DNA of 64,000 nucleotides from Syntrophales bacterium (GTDB lineage Bacteria > Desulfobacterota > Syntrophia > Syntrophales > UBA2210). Where the stretch lies: the NCBI GenBank assembly GCA_963662405.2, contig CAXXKT010000001.1, positions 768,001 to 832,000 on the forward strand, written 5' to 3'. This document shows, piece by piece, positions 1 to 10,273 of this stretch. The notes below the pieces were generated by a model, which worked only from the letters and a program-made list of their open reading frames with translations, was not told the DNA's origin and ran no database searches. Position 1 is the first letter of the stretch. Each line of letters starts with the position of its first letter. The translations under genes were made by a program, and so were the position numbers.

Positions 1-882
1 TTCCACCATCACCTTTTCCAGGTCATCAGGGTGAACGATCCGAGCATATGTAATCTTACCGGAGGTGAACTCATCCGCTTCATAGCCAAACAACCGTTTT
101 ACATTGTTTGATGCAAATTCTATGGGCCACCCTTTGACATTCTTCCACAGAAAGGCAACCACCGGGCTCCTGTTGATGATCGTATGGGCCTCTTTGGCTG
201 CTTCTTCCGCTTCTTCTCTCGCCGCCATTTCCCTCCGGAGGCTCAAATTGGATTCTTCGAGATTCCGTGTCTTGTCTTCAAGGAGGGAAAGAGATTCCTT
301 GAGACGGTCGAGAAACATCTGAGGGATGAAGACGAATCCGACCGCCATCATGGCAAAAAATGTCCCGGAAGTGGCCCAAGCAAGCGCTGATGTTGAATTC
401 AGCATATCTTTCTCGTGAATGGGCAAGATCCCCGAGATCAAACAAAAGGCCACGCAGGTGATTACCACGATGCTGACCCCGACGATGACAAGAGCGGTCC
501 TGACTCCCCAGAATACCGCCGACAGCAGACAGACCAACATCACGATTTCGACACCGATTCCACTGAGACCGATCCGCATCAGGACCGTGACAGAGGCCAG
601 ATAGAGTCCGCCAACAAGAACCCAGGCACGGACGGGAAAAGGAATCTGACGATCCAGGATGAAGGCCATACAGACTATGCCGTACAGACCGAGATAGACG
701 GCGGCAAACAAGAACCTGCCCTGCAGAGAGGCCTGTATGGCTCCTAAGAATACGGCGAGAAACCCCATGGTAAATATGGGCCATTTCAACTTCATGAGGA
801 GCCTGTTCCGCTCCTCTAGGATCTCCGGCCGGTCAGGTGCCGCATGGGTACGATCAGAAATGTATGGTCTTGAATCTGTCAT
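1..882 (-). CDS. Membrane-bound PAS-domain sensor protein (N-terminal part; runs off the window edge)
   Basis: Not in the ORF track. Manual translation from ATG at 882 stays open to base 1: several hydrophobic helices, a coiled-coil, then PAS-like 'IINRSPVVAFLWKNVKGWPIEFASNNVKRLFGY...IVHPDDLEKV'. Confidence 0.85.
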   Translation of the reverse strand, partial: MTDSRPYISDRTHAAPDRPEILEERNRLLMKLKWPIFTMGFLAVFLGAIQASLQGRFLFAAVYLGLYGIVCMAFILDRQIPFPVRAWVLVGGLYLASVTVLMRIGLSGIGVEIVMLVCLLSAVFWGVRTALVIVGVSIVVITCVAFCLISGILPIHEKDMLNSTSALAWATSGTFFAMMAVGFVFIPQMFLDRLKESLSLLEDKTRNLEESNLSLRREMAAREEAEEAAKEAHTIINRSPVVAFLWKNVKGWPIEFASNNVKRLFGYEADEFTSGKITYARIVHPDDLEKVMVE

Positions 883-1140
883 AACACTCTTCTCCTCAAT
901 ACGCATGAACAGAGCAATGCGTTGCGAGTACTTGGCAAGAAATTCTTTTGTCGGGTAGGGATGAGGTCTGGTCTGCTAAGAACTTCTTCTTCGAAAAAAA
1001 GATGGATCTGGGAAAAATCATTGCTTCACATAGTGGCTAACATAAAAAAAATGGCTTTGCCAGTCAAAAAATGATTATACGATCGGAAGGCCCGGCCGGT
1101 GCGGATTGTTGGGTTGTATTACCCATGTTGTCGTTTTGCC

Positions 1141-1169
1141 TTGACAATGGAGCGCTCCTCCGGTATGAT
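1141..1169 (+). promoter_or_regulatory. sigma70-type promoter
   Basis: TTGACA (1141-1146), 17-nt spacer, TATGAT (1164-1169). Confidence 0.75.
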
Positions 1170-1174
1170 ATTTA

Positions 1175-1254
1175 TCTGAAATTGAAGTTGGTTTCAGAGT
1201 TATTATACTGAGTGATTTTACCGGAAAGCAGGGTGCCTATAGCCCTGCTTTTTT
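1175..1254 (+). ncRNA. Candidate small RNA or attenuated leader (~80 nt)
   Basis: Lies between a near-consensus promoter and an intrinsic terminator; 5' hairpin TCTGAAA/TTTCAGA followed by an AU-rich linker. Confidence 0.45.
1225..1254 (+). terminator. Rho-independent terminator
   Basis: AAAGCAGGG-loop-CCCTGCTTT followed by a T-run. Confidence 0.75.
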
Positions 1255-1302
1255 GTCTGACCCGTTCCGGGAAATCCCTTCTCCCGCACATAAAGGATTA
1301 TC

Positions 1303-1746
1303 ATGACACAAGACAAAGACAGGACCCCCGTCGCACAGGATATTACCACCCTCTGCACGAAGTGCAAAATGGAGCTCAATCACACCGTTATTGCCCACAC
1401 CGAGGACGGAATCGTCGCACGGGTTCAGTGCCGCACCTGCGGAAGTGAGCACAAATATCACCCCGAAAAGAAAAAGGGTTCTCGGAAAGCCGCATCAGCC
1501 ACCGGGAAAACTCCCCGGCAGAAGGCGGCGGGCAGAAAGACGTCCACCGTGCCCGACCTTGCGAAGCTTTTGGAAAAGGTGAAGGACAAAACAACGGTCC
1601 CCTACAGCATGTCGGGAACGTTCCGGGTGAATGACGTTATCGACCATGCAACCTTCGGGGTTGGACTCGTGATGAAAACATCTCGTCAGAGAATTAATGT
1701 CTTATTTTCCGATGCCCTTCGGACTCTGGTGTGCGGCGGGGAATGA
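1303..1746 (+). CDS. Zinc-ribbon protein (CxxC...CxxC) with basic linker and a small C-terminal beta domain
   Basis: CTKC and CRTC pairs; RBS AAGGA; C-terminal 'FRVNDVIDHATFGVGLV' resembles a Tudor/CarD-like 'V.H..FG.G.V' motif. Confidence 0.75.
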   Translation: MTQDKDRTPVAQDITTLCTKCKMELNHTVIAHTEDGIVARVQCRTCGSEHKYHPEKKKGSRKAASATGKTPRQKAAGRKTSTVPDLAKLLEKVKDKTTVPYSMSGTFRVNDVIDHATFGVGLVMKTSRQRINVLFSDALRTLVCGGE

Positions 1747-1828
1747 TTTCAACTCACCCGTCGGTTTGGAGCCAAACACCCCCTTCCACCCCTTGCTCTT
1801 TCCTTACAAATCCTGTATTTGTCAAGTC

Positions 1829-3247
1829 ATGAGGCTGAAAACGACGGAGACCGCAAGGACATACCGGGGCAAGGCGTTGATTGCCGATCCGATATATCAG
1901 TATATCCTGTTTACCGTACCCTCACCCGAACTTCCGCCGGAAGCAACGGAGCAGGATCTGATCGACTCCCCCTGGCTTCAACGGCTCAGAAGGATCTATC
2001 AGCTCCAGAGTGCGCGCTGGGTATACCCCTCGGCGGAGCATACCCGGTTTCAGCACTCCCTGGGGACGATGCACATGGCCGGTGAGTTTGGCAGGCATCT
2101 TTACCCCGGACTCAAAGAGGTCTTTCCCGATCTGCCCTCTATTCACTTCATGGAGGAACTCCTCCGCGTGGGGGGACTCCTCCATGATGTCGGTCACGGA
2201 CCGTACGGGCACTTCTTCGACGATCATTTCCTCAGCCGGTACAACCTGACCCACGAGGTGATGGGACAACGGATCATCACGGAGCGACTGGGAGAGTTGA
2301 TCGGCCGGATACGGCGGAGCCCCTCGGGTTTTTTCGATGAAGGGGAGCAGCTTGATGCCGAACAGGTCGCCTTCCTGATCAAGAAGCCGGGAGATGAAGG
2401 CGGGGCGCAACCCGGATGGCTCTCCTTTCTCCGCCAGCTCTTCTCCGGGGTCTACACCGTGGACAATCTCGACTACGTCCAGCGGGACGCCTACATGACC
2501 GGTTTTTCCATGGATATCGTCGATACCCAGCGCCTCCGCTTCTATACCTTCTTCACGGAGAAGGGGCTCACTCTCCACCGGGCGGGGATCTCGGCCCTCA
2601 GCCGGTTCCTGAACGCCCGGCTGAATCTCTATTCCAACGTCTACTTTCACCGGACGACGCGGGCCCTGGACCTTCATCTCCAGGAGTTTTTTCAGGAATC
2701 CATAGACATCATCCTCCCCGGTAACCCGGCTGAAAGCCTGGACGCGTACCTTGCATGCGACGACTGGACCCTCTTCAGCGAGGTCAACCGGTGGCCGGGA
2801 GCGGAAGACGAGAGGAAACGGGAGCTGGGGAAACAGTGGGAGAAACTCCATAGGAGGCAGGTACAATGGAAGATGTCCTATTCGGCGGAGTTTTTCATCG
2901 AGCGGGTCCAGAAGGGAATCCGCTTCGCCGGCGTTGATGAATATGAACGGCAGATCCGCGACACCCTCCCGGCTGACCTGAAGGATCTGGCCTTCCGCGT
3001 GGACCTCGCGACGCAGGACCCGCGACCGATCAATCCGATGGCGGAGGGAGACAAAAAGATCAATATCTACAATCCCTCAACCGAGACCATATCCCTCGAA
3101 CCGATCAATGATATCTACCGTTTTATCCCGGCACGGGTCATGCATTTCCGGGTCTTTTCCCTCGACCACCGCCACGACGAGGCCCTGACCGTCGCGACGG
3201 AGGCGGTACTCGGGTCGCTCGGTGAGATTATCACCACGAATGTCTGA
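1829..3247 (+). CDS. HD-domain phosphohydrolase, SAMHD1/dNTP-triphosphohydrolase-like
   Basis: QRLRRIYQL, HTRFQHSLG, LLHDVGHGPYGH, DNLDYVQRD, VYFHRT motifs; start moved to ATG 1829. Confidence 0.9.
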   Translation: MRLKTTETARTYRGKALIADPIYQYILFTVPSPELPPEATEQDLIDSPWLQRLRRIYQLQSARWVYPSAEHTRFQHSLGTMHMAGEFGRHLYPGLKEVFPDLPSIHFMEELLRVGGLLHDVGHGPYGHFFDDHFLSRYNLTHEVMGQRIITERLGELIGRIRRSPSGFFDEGEQLDAEQVAFLIKKPGDEGGAQPGWLSFLRQLFSGVYTVDNLDYVQRDAYMTGFSMDIVDTQRLRFYTFFTEKGLTLHRAGISALSRFLNARLNLYSNVYFHRTTRALDLHLQEFFQESIDIILPGNPAESLDAYLACDDWTLFSEVNRWPGAEDERKRELGKQWEKLHRRQVQWKMSYSAEFFIERVQKGIRFAGVDEYERQIRDTLPADLKDLAFRVDLATQDPRPINPMAEGDKKINIYNPSTETISLEPINDIYRFIPARVMHFRVFSLDHRHDEALTVATEAVLGSLGEIITTNV

Positions 3248-3409
3248 ACGGGGAGGACCCTCCCGTTGTTTGCAAAGGACAGCAAGCCGGTCCGTCATTG
3301 ACGGTAGCTCACTCATGTTATCATCGGACTGCTCAACCGAGTACGGTCAGGGTGCCCCACCGCTGTGAGCTGTTGCAACCGCGTTGCACTGATGCCCGGT
3401 TCTCTCTCA

Positions 3410-4927
3410 TCAGGTGATAAAGAGGTTCTTCGTGGCAAAATTCGGATCACTCGTCAAATTGACCCCCAGACGCCGCAACCCCGCCTCGTCTCCCGGCGTG
3501 GGGATATGCGTCATATGGACCTCACAACCCCTGAGTTCCTTGAGCTTCTCGATGGCGAGCTGAGCCGCCGGGTTCGTCGTCGCGCTGATTCCCAGCGCGA
3601 TCAGTGATTCGTTCAAATCGAGGCTGACCGCGACCTCGCCGAGGATCTCCGTCTTCAGCGCTCGGACCGAATCGGTGATGTTCGGAGGGAGCAGTTTGAT
3701 TTTCTCCGGCACCCCCGCCAGGTATTTAATCGCATGAATAACGAGGCTGGATGCCGCGTGCATGAGGGGAGAATTGTTTCCGGTGATGACGGTCCCGTTC
3801 GCCAGTTCCATGGCGGCCCCGCAGTAAATTCCCTCGTTCCCCTTGTTCCGTTCCTGCGCCAGAGTGGCGGCATCGCGCGCTGGTTGGACGACCCTCCTGC
3901 TCTCCGGTTCGAGCCGAAAATCCTTGACGAAAAGCTCGACCCGCTGGACGGTTTCCTTGTCCGCAAGCCCGACGGCATACTCGCACCGATACCTGAAATA
4001 GCGCCGGATCACCTCCTGTTTGGCCGCCTCCTGTGTGGCCTCGTCGTCGACGATGGCAAGGCCGCAACAGTTGACGCCCATGTCGGTGGGCGATTTGTAA
4101 AATGCCTCCCCTCCGGTGATCTTTTCGAGGATCCTGCGGAGAACGGGAAATGCCTCCACATCACGGTTATAATTTACCGCCTTGCGCTCGTAAGATTCGA
4201 GATGGAAGGGATCGATCAGGTTGATATCACCAAGATCCGCCGCCGCCGCCTCATAGGCGATATTGACCGGATGTTTCAGGGGTATATTCCATATCGGGAA
4301 AGTCTCGAACTTCGCATACCCCGCCTTGATCCCCCTTCGATAGTCGTGGTACAGCTGTGAAAGGCAGGTTGCCAGTTTGCCGCTACCGGGACCGGGGCCG
4401 GTCACGATAACAAGGGGTCTGTCCGTCTCGACATAAGAATTCGCCCCATACCCCTCATCGCTGACGATGGTATCCACTTCCGTAGGATATCCCCGCGCGA
4501 ACCGGTGCGTGTAAACCCGTACCCCTCTCCGCTCCAGTTTATTCTTGAAGAGAATCGCCGCCGGTTGATTTTCGAAACGGGTGATCACAACGCCCAAGAC
4601 TTCGAGTCCCCATTCTTTCAGATTGTCTATCAGCTTCATGGCGTCCGAGTCGTAGGTGATCCCGAAGTCCGCCCGCATTTTCTTCCGCTCGATATCTCCG
4701 GCATAGATGCACAGGAGGATCGCCGCCTTGCCGCTCAGTTCCTTCAGGAGCCTGACCTTGACATTCGGATCGTACCCGGGGAGAACCCGCGCGGCATGGT
4801 AATCGTAAAGGAGTTTCCCTCCGAACTCCAGATATAAACGATGGTCGAAACGCTCCACCCGTTTTAGGATAGCAGTTGTCTGTTCCCGGAGATATTTCTC
4901 GTTGTCAAAGGCAATCGTTCCCGTCAT
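3410..4927 (-). CDS. DUF1846 / UPF0371 family protein
   Basis: LYLEFGGKL, HAARVLPG, GPGSGKLATCLSQLYH, KFETFPIWN, YNRDVEAFP, SPTDMGVN signatures. Confidence 0.9.
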   Translation of the reverse strand: MTGTIAFDNEKYLREQTTAILKRVERFDHRLYLEFGGKLLYDYHAARVLPGYDPNVKVRLLKELSGKAAILLCIYAGDIERKKMRADFGITYDSDAMKLIDNLKEWGLEVLGVVITRFENQPAAILFKNKLERRGVRVYTHRFARGYPTEVDTIVSDEGYGANSYVETDRPLVIVTGPGPGSGKLATCLSQLYHDYRRGIKAGYAKFETFPIWNIPLKHPVNIAYEAAAADLGDINLIDPFHLESYERKAVNYNRDVEAFPVLRRILEKITGGEAFYKSPTDMGVNCCGLAIVDDEATQEAAKQEVIRRYFRYRCEYAVGLADKETVQRVELFVKDFRLEPESRRVVQPARDAATLAQERNKGNEGIYCGAAMELANGTVITGNNSPLMHAASSLVIHAIKYLAGVPEKIKLLPPNITDSVRALKTEILGEVAVSLDLNESLIALGISATTNPAAQLAIEKLKELRGCEVHMTHIPTPGDEAGLRRLGVNLTSDPNFATKNLFIT

Positions 4928-5102
4928 ATTCTTCCCTCTCCTGTTCAGAATAAAAGGTGTCAGGTGTAATATGGCTATCCCGAGCGCAACAAGACCTCAC
5001 GATGCGGGCGGAGCACACTATTTCGCTCATCGGACGGTTTCTCTTTTGGTGATCGAAGTTTCTTCCTGATACGTATGTGTGGGAGTCGATTTGCTACCCG
5101 CT

Positions 5103-5915
5103 TCAGTTGGTATCTTTTTCTTTATCCTGTCCCCGCTTGAGTGCGATACCAGCGGCAAACCGCGCCTGGAGCTTCCGCATCCCCTTGAGCCACCGGTCGT
5201 AATCAGAGGTCTTCCTTTGCATGTAGGTTTCGACCTCGGGGTGGGGAAGAATCAGGAAGGTATCCGCCTTGAATCCCTGTATCACCGCATCGGCGAGCTG
5301 CTCGGGTTCCATCAGCCCGTCAACCCCCGCCACGCCGCCGCCCTCATGAGCACGTGTCATCTCGGAACGCACGGCCTGAGGACAGAGGGCAAAGACCTTG
5401 ATCCCCTGATCTCCGTATGTGATATCGATATTTTCCGCCAGCCCGACCGCCGCGTGCTTGGTCACCGAGTAGGGGGCGGATCCGATCTGGCTGAGAAGTC
5501 CCGCAGCCGAAGCCGTCATGAGCAGCGCCCCGCCGCCCCGCTCGATCATGCGGGGGATAATCGCCCGCGCCACATAGACGTGGGACAGGACATTGATCTC
5601 CCAGATACGCTGCCAGGCATCGTTGGGGGCCTCTACCCCTCCCTGAACCAGGATCCCGGCATTTGAACAGAAAAGATCGATCGGGCCGACTCGTTCCTCC
5701 GTGGATTCGATCAGATGTACTACATCTTCTTCCCTGCTGACATCACAGGGTACAGCGATCCCCTTGATTTCTCGGGCAACGGTCTTCGCACCTTCTTCAT
5801 TCAAATCGGCAACGACCACCGCCTTCGCGCCTTCCCGGGCAAACCGCTGACAGAGGGCCCGGCCGATACCGCTGGCACCCCCTGTCACCACAATAATCTT
5901 CCCCGCAATTTCCAT
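5103..5915 (-). CDS. Short-chain dehydrogenase/reductase
   Basis: TGGASGIG, NAG, YSVTK motifs; start at MEIAGK after AGGAG. Confidence 0.9.
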   Translation of the reverse strand: MEIAGKIIVVTGGASGIGRALCQRFAREGAKAVVVADLNEEGAKTVAREIKGIAVPCDVSREEDVVHLIESTEERVGPIDLFCSNAGILVQGGVEAPNDAWQRIWEINVLSHVYVARAIIPRMIERGGGALLMTASAAGLLSQIGSAPYSVTKHAAVGLAENIDITYGDQGIKVFALCPQAVRSEMTRAHEGGGVAGVDGLMEPEQLADAVIQGFKADTFLILPHPEVETYMQRKTSDYDRWLKGMRKLQARFAAGIALKRGQDKEKDTN

Positions 5916-6034
5916 GGATCTTCCTCTCCTGAAGTGATTTAGGAGCGATGCCCCACCGGAGTGATTATTGTTTCTTTTCGATAAAATCAAGGACAAAGAA
6001 TCGGAGAGAGGGCTTCGTCGACAAAAAGTGAGCG

Positions 6035-7114
6035 CTATTCAAACAGTTTTAGATACTTGCCATATCCCTCCTTTTCCATCTCTTCCCGGGGGATAAAGCG
6101 CAGGGCGGCTGAATTGATGCAGTACCGCAGACCGGGCGGGTCGGGTCCGTCGTCAAAGAGGTGCCCGAGATGCGAATCGGCGTGTCGGCTCCGCACCTCC
6201 GTCCTGACCTCGGACAGTTTCCGGTCTTCTCTCTTCACGAGTGCATCGGGGCTGATCGGTCTTGTGAAGCTCGGCCAGCCGGAATGGGAATCGTATTTGT
6301 CGCGCGAGCTGAAGAGGGGCTCTCCGGATACCACATCGACGTAGATCCCTTCCCGTTTGTTATCCCAGTACAAGTTGTCGTAGGGACGCTCCGTCCCCTC
6401 CTCTTGCGTCACCTCGTACTGAAGGGGGGTCAGCGTCTCGAATATCTCGTCGGCAGGGGGTTTTCGGAAGGTGCACACGGGGGGCTTTTTCGTGTCGTGC
6501 CACACCTCTCCGAGGTACCGCTCACGTCCCGACCCCACCCGGTACGCCTCGTACCGCGCGGGATTTTTGCGGGCGTTATCCTGGTGATACTCCTCCGCCG
6601 GGTAGAAACCGGAATAAGGAATGATCTCGGTGACGATGGAACGGTTGTACCGTCCCGAGGCGCTCAGCCCCCCCTTCGATGCCTCTGCCAACCGTTTCTG
6701 TTCATCAGTATGGTAGAAGATGACGGACCGGTACTGAGGGCCCCGGTCGGCGAAGGAACCTCCGGGGTCCGTCGGATCGACGTTTCGCCAGTAGATATCG
6801 AGGATCTGCCCGTACGTTGCCCGGGTCGGGTCATAGGTGATCTGAACCGCCTCATAGTGACCGGTAAGTCCGGAAGAGATCTTCTCATAGGTCGCGTCTT
6901 CTTCGGAACCACCCGCGTACCCCGCTACCACCTTGATAACGCCATCAAGCTCTTCGAAAGGATGTTCCATACACCAGAAACACCCCCCGGCGAAGGTGGC
7001 CTGCTCAGTCTTCTCTTCCGTACCCATGGCAATGCCCCCCCTGAAATGATCCGCAACACCACACACGATCAACAGACAGACTATCGTCACGAACGCCCGA
7101 GATATCCTTTTCAT
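6035..7114 (-). CDS. msrAB: Fused peptide-methionine sulfoxide reductase MsrA/MsrB with N-terminal signal/anchor
   Basis: GGCFWC and AEEYHQ (MsrA); GWPSF, HLGHLF, RYCINS (MsrB); hydrophobic N-terminus. Confidence 0.93.
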   Translation of the reverse strand: MKRISRAFVTIVCLLIVCGVADHFRGGIAMGTEEKTEQATFAGGCFWCMEHPFEELDGVIKVVAGYAGGSEEDATYEKISSGLTGHYEAVQITYDPTRATYGQILDIYWRNVDPTDPGGSFADRGPQYRSVIFYHTDEQKRLAEASKGGLSASGRYNRSIVTEIIPYSGFYPAEEYHQDNARKNPARYEAYRVGSGRERYLGEVWHDTKKPPVCTFRKPPADEIFETLTPLQYEVTQEEGTERPYDNLYWDNKREGIYVDVVSGEPLFSSRDKYDSHSGWPSFTRPISPDALVKREDRKLSEVRTEVRSRHADSHLGHLFDDGPDPPGLRYCINSAALRFIPREEMEKEGYGKYLKLFE

Positions 7115-7143
7115 GATACCTCCTCACCACATGATGCATCCGC

Positions 7144-7704
7144 TTACGCGCGTCTGCCGGGGAGTTTCCACGCCACGACCCCGATGATGACGGCGACGAT
7201 CAGGGCGGGAATAAGCCCCGGGACACCCCCGAGCAGTGCCGGATAGGACGGATCAGGCGTCTGGGCCAGGGTGACTTTCCCGCCCAGGATATTCTCCAGG
7301 AGGCCGGTGCCCTGGATGCGCGCGTACGCGAGCATATACAGATACGCCCCTACCAGCCCGCCGAGGAGGAAAAAGATCGCATCTTTCCGGCCGTCCCCGA
7401 GGGCTGCCGTACTGGTGCTGGGGCAGTACCCGGTGAAGGGCCAGGCAAGACCCATGATGATCCCGCCGATCAGGACCCCCCAGTAGCTGGCCTTGACATC
7501 CAGGTGCCCCGGATCGATCACACCGAGGGTAAAACCCACGAAGAGCAAGGCACTGGCGATCGCGATGCCGAAGAGGATCGCCTTCATCAGATGGAGGTCG
7601 GCCAATCGGAGCATGTTAATGATATTGTGGGGGTTGGATGCGCCGATACGGTGAAGGACAAACCCGAATGCCGCGCCGAGTATGATCGCTAACAATATAG
7701 ACAT
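7144..7704 (-). CDS. YeeE/YedE-family sulfur-transport membrane protein (half-size)
   Basis: GAAFGFVL...GG.I.G.....GYCP.T pattern; multiple TM helices. Confidence 0.8.
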   Translation of the reverse strand: MSILLAIILGAAFGFVLHRIGASNPHNIINMLRLADLHLMKAILFGIAIASALLFVGFTLGVIDPGHLDVKASYWGVLIGGIIMGLAWPFTGYCPSTSTAALGDGRKDAIFFLLGGLVGAYLYMLAYARIQGTGLLENILGGKVTLAQTPDPSYPALLGGVPGLIPALIVAVIIGVVAWKLPGRRA

Positions 7705-7719
7705 AATACACCTCCTTTC

Positions 7720-8283
7720 TTATCGCCGGTACAGCAGGATGGCAAGGGGAATCGCCGTCAGGAAGACCCCGATGGCAAAGAGATAACCGCTGATCGAAGT
7801 CTGCATCATACCACTCATCGTGTGTCCGCTCATACAGCCCCCGGCCAGTCTGGCACCGAACAGTATCAGCACGCCACCGACAAATGAGACAATGTATCGT
7901 TTCGGGCCCTCGTTGCCGAACCGGGACCGCCATACCTCAGGTGCAACACGGTCTTCCGCGGTCGGTCGCGGCCCCCCGGTCAGTGCCGACAGAAAGGCAC
8001 CAAGGATCATGCTCAACACAAAGATAAAGCTGTAGTTGAATGGTTTGACGATGTTCTTCGCGTACTTCCCGCCGCTCTTGTTCAGATAGGCATTTGTGCT
8101 GGCATACCCCGATTTTGCATCCGGATTTTTGATAATCACATCATCGGAAAGGGCATTCCAGACAATCCCATCGAAAATCACAAACTGGGTCGATACGCCG
8201 ATGGGCTTGACCAGTAAAACCGCGAAGAAAAAGACCAAGCCGAGGGCGATTCCACCCCTGAACCAGTTCCACTGCCCTTTCAT
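7720..8283 (-). CDS. YeeE/YedE-family sulfur-transport membrane protein (half-size)
   Basis: KPIGVST and FGARLAGGCMSGH motifs. Confidence 0.85.
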   Translation of the reverse strand: MKGQWNWFRGGIALGLVFFFAVLLVKPIGVSTQFVIFDGIVWNALSDDVIIKNPDAKSGYASTNAYLNKSGGKYAKNIVKPFNYSFIFVLSMILGAFLSALTGGPRPTAEDRVAPEVWRSRFGNEGPKRYIVSFVGGVLILFGARLAGGCMSGHTMSGMMQTSISGYLFAIGVFLTAIPLAILLYRR

Positions 8284-8650
8284 AACATTCCCTCCTTGTT
8301 GTTATGCGTGGGTTATCAAACGGTCAGGAACGAACGAGGCACGAAACATCAAACGGCATCGTCCGGCCTGCAACCCTTTGCACATCCTAGCCGCATGCTG
8401 ACACCATACCATCGTGTTTGCAATGTGGAATAAACCAATAATATGAAAAGTATACGGCTTACACTGGGTGAAAATTATGCCATAAACCATGCAAAACGTA
8501 AAGGATATTTATAGGGGCATACAGTTGTTGATTTTCGACTCGAAGCCATAGTTACGGGTTGCCACTGAGGAAATAAATGGTATAGGATCTCTTCATTGAG
8601 TTGACTCCTCGGGCATTGCTGCCGTGCATTAACCATAAGGAGAAACGTTT

Positions 8651-9412
8651 ATGCGTATCATCGATCTGTCGGCTACCATCGAACACAGCCCTGACGGGGT
8701 ACCGGATTTTCTGAGAACGGAAATCGCATATCACTGCCATGCCGACGGGGCGGCGGGCATTGAGGCCCTCTTCAAGGTTCCCCCCGCCCTTTTGCGTGAC
8801 GGTGAGGGGTGGGCGACAGAGACGATTGCCCATCTGGGTACCCACAGCTCGACCCATGTCGATGCCCCCTGGCACTACAACAGCCGTATCCGGGGTGAAC
8901 GGGCTCCCACGATAGACGAATTGCCCCTCGAGTGGTTCTTCGGCGACGGGGTCAAACTCGACATGACCGCTAAGGAGGAGGGAGATCCGGTTACCGATGC
9001 GGACATTACACGGGAGTTGGCCCGGATCGGGTACACACTCAAACCATTTGACATCGTCCTGATCAACACCGGGCGGGATGTCTATTACGGGCAACCCGAT
9101 TATATCTTCAAGGGGTGTGGGGTGACGCAGTGCGCTACCCGGTGGCTCTACGACCGGGGGATCAAGGTCATGGGGATCGACGCCTGGGGGTGGGATTCCC
9201 CGCTGGACCGCCAGGCCCGGCAGGCCCTCGAAGCGGGTGAGCAGGGAATCTTTTGGGAAGCACACCAGGCCGATCTCCCCTATTCGCACATCGAACGGCT
9301 GGTCAACCTGGGAGGACTTCCCCCCTTCGGGTTCTCCGTCTCCTGCTTTCCCCTCAAAATCAAGGGCGGCAGCGCGGGACCGGCGCGGGTGGTGGCGATC
9401 CTCCCGGAATAA
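8651..9412 (+). CDS. Cyclase-family (kynurenine formamidase KynB-like) metal hydrolase
   Basis: HSSTHVDAPWH motif, GID, HIERL, PLKIKGGSAGPARVVA. Confidence 0.9.
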   Translation: MRIIDLSATIEHSPDGVPDFLRTEIAYHCHADGAAGIEALFKVPPALLRDGEGWATETIAHLGTHSSTHVDAPWHYNSRIRGERAPTIDELPLEWFFGDGVKLDMTAKEEGDPVTDADITRELARIGYTLKPFDIVLINTGRDVYYGQPDYIFKGCGVTQCATRWLYDRGIKVMGIDAWGWDSPLDRQARQALEAGEQGIFWEAHQADLPYSHIERLVNLGGLPPFGFSVSCFPLKIKGGSAGPARVVAILPE

Positions 9413-9436
9413 TGCACAACAGAAAGGAGCTTTTTT

Positions 9437-10273
9437 ATGCCCTTTGAACTGATAAACGACGTGAGCCTCCACTACGAGGAGGCAGGTGAGGGAGCGGCGA
9501 TCCTCTTTCTGCATGGGTACACGGGGAGCACCAAGGACTGGGCTTATCAGGTGGCCCTCCTCTCTTCCCGGTACCGGGTTATAGCACTCGACCACCGCGG
9601 GCACGGCATGTCCAGCGGCCCTCATGAGGAAGAAGAATACTCGATCCCCATTTCAAGCAACGATGTATATGAACTGTTACGTCTGCTCGGCGTGGATCGG
9701 TGTTGTCTGGTCGGGCATTCGATGGGCGGATTCATCGCGCTCCAGTTTGCCCTCGATCATCCCGACATGGTGAAGGCATTGGTCCTGGTGGATACGTCGA
9801 GTGGGGCCTTTGAGGTCGCACCGGGATACCCCGAGATGCGGGCGAAAATGGACGCACTGGCGCGTGAGGAAGGGACCGAGGCGGCCTTTGAATACGAGGC
9901 CGCACACAACCCCATCAGGATTGAACGATTCAGACGGCACCCGGAATGGCGGGAGGTGGCCCGGCGCAAGGCCCTCGGCACCTCGGTGGACGCATATATC
10001 TATGTGGGGCGATCCTTCGGGAAATGGCGACCGGTCACGAACCGCCTCGGGGAGATACGGGTCCCAACCCTGATCTTCAGGGGTGAGGAAGACACCCCCT
10101 TTGTGGGAGCGACGGAAACGCTCAAGGAATTGATCGCCGGATCCGAGCTGGCGATTATTCCCGGTGCCGGGCATTCTCCCCACGAGGAGAAACCCGGTAT
10201 ATTTAATGAAATGCTGGATGCCTTTCTCGCCGCGGTGTATCGAGCCCGAGGGGAGGATCGAGATAAAGACTGA
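9437..10273 (+). CDS. Alpha/beta-fold hydrolase
   Basis: FLHG, DHRGHG, GHSMGG, GEED, GAGH. Confidence 0.9.
   Translation: MPFELINDVSLHYEEAGEGAAILFLHGYTGSTKDWAYQVALLSSRYRVIALDHRGHGMSSGPHEEEEYSIPISSNDVYELLRLLGVDRCCLVGHSMGGFIALQFALDHPDMVKALVLVDTSSGAFEVAPGYPEMRAKMDALAREEGTEAAFEYEAAHNPIRIERFRRHPEWREVARRKALGTSVDAYIYVGRSFGKWRPVTNRLGEIRVPTLIFRGEEDTPFVGATETLKELIAGSELAIIPGAGHSPHEEKPGIFNEMLDAFLAAVYRARGEDRDKD

Noticed and set aside
1829..3247. HD hydrolase as an anti-phage dGTPase system
   Set aside because: No defence or mobile genes nearby; a housekeeping role is equally consistent
6161..9625. 361-aa (+) and 357-aa (-) ORFs
   Set aside because: Shadows of msrAB and the cyclase gene, no recognisable domains
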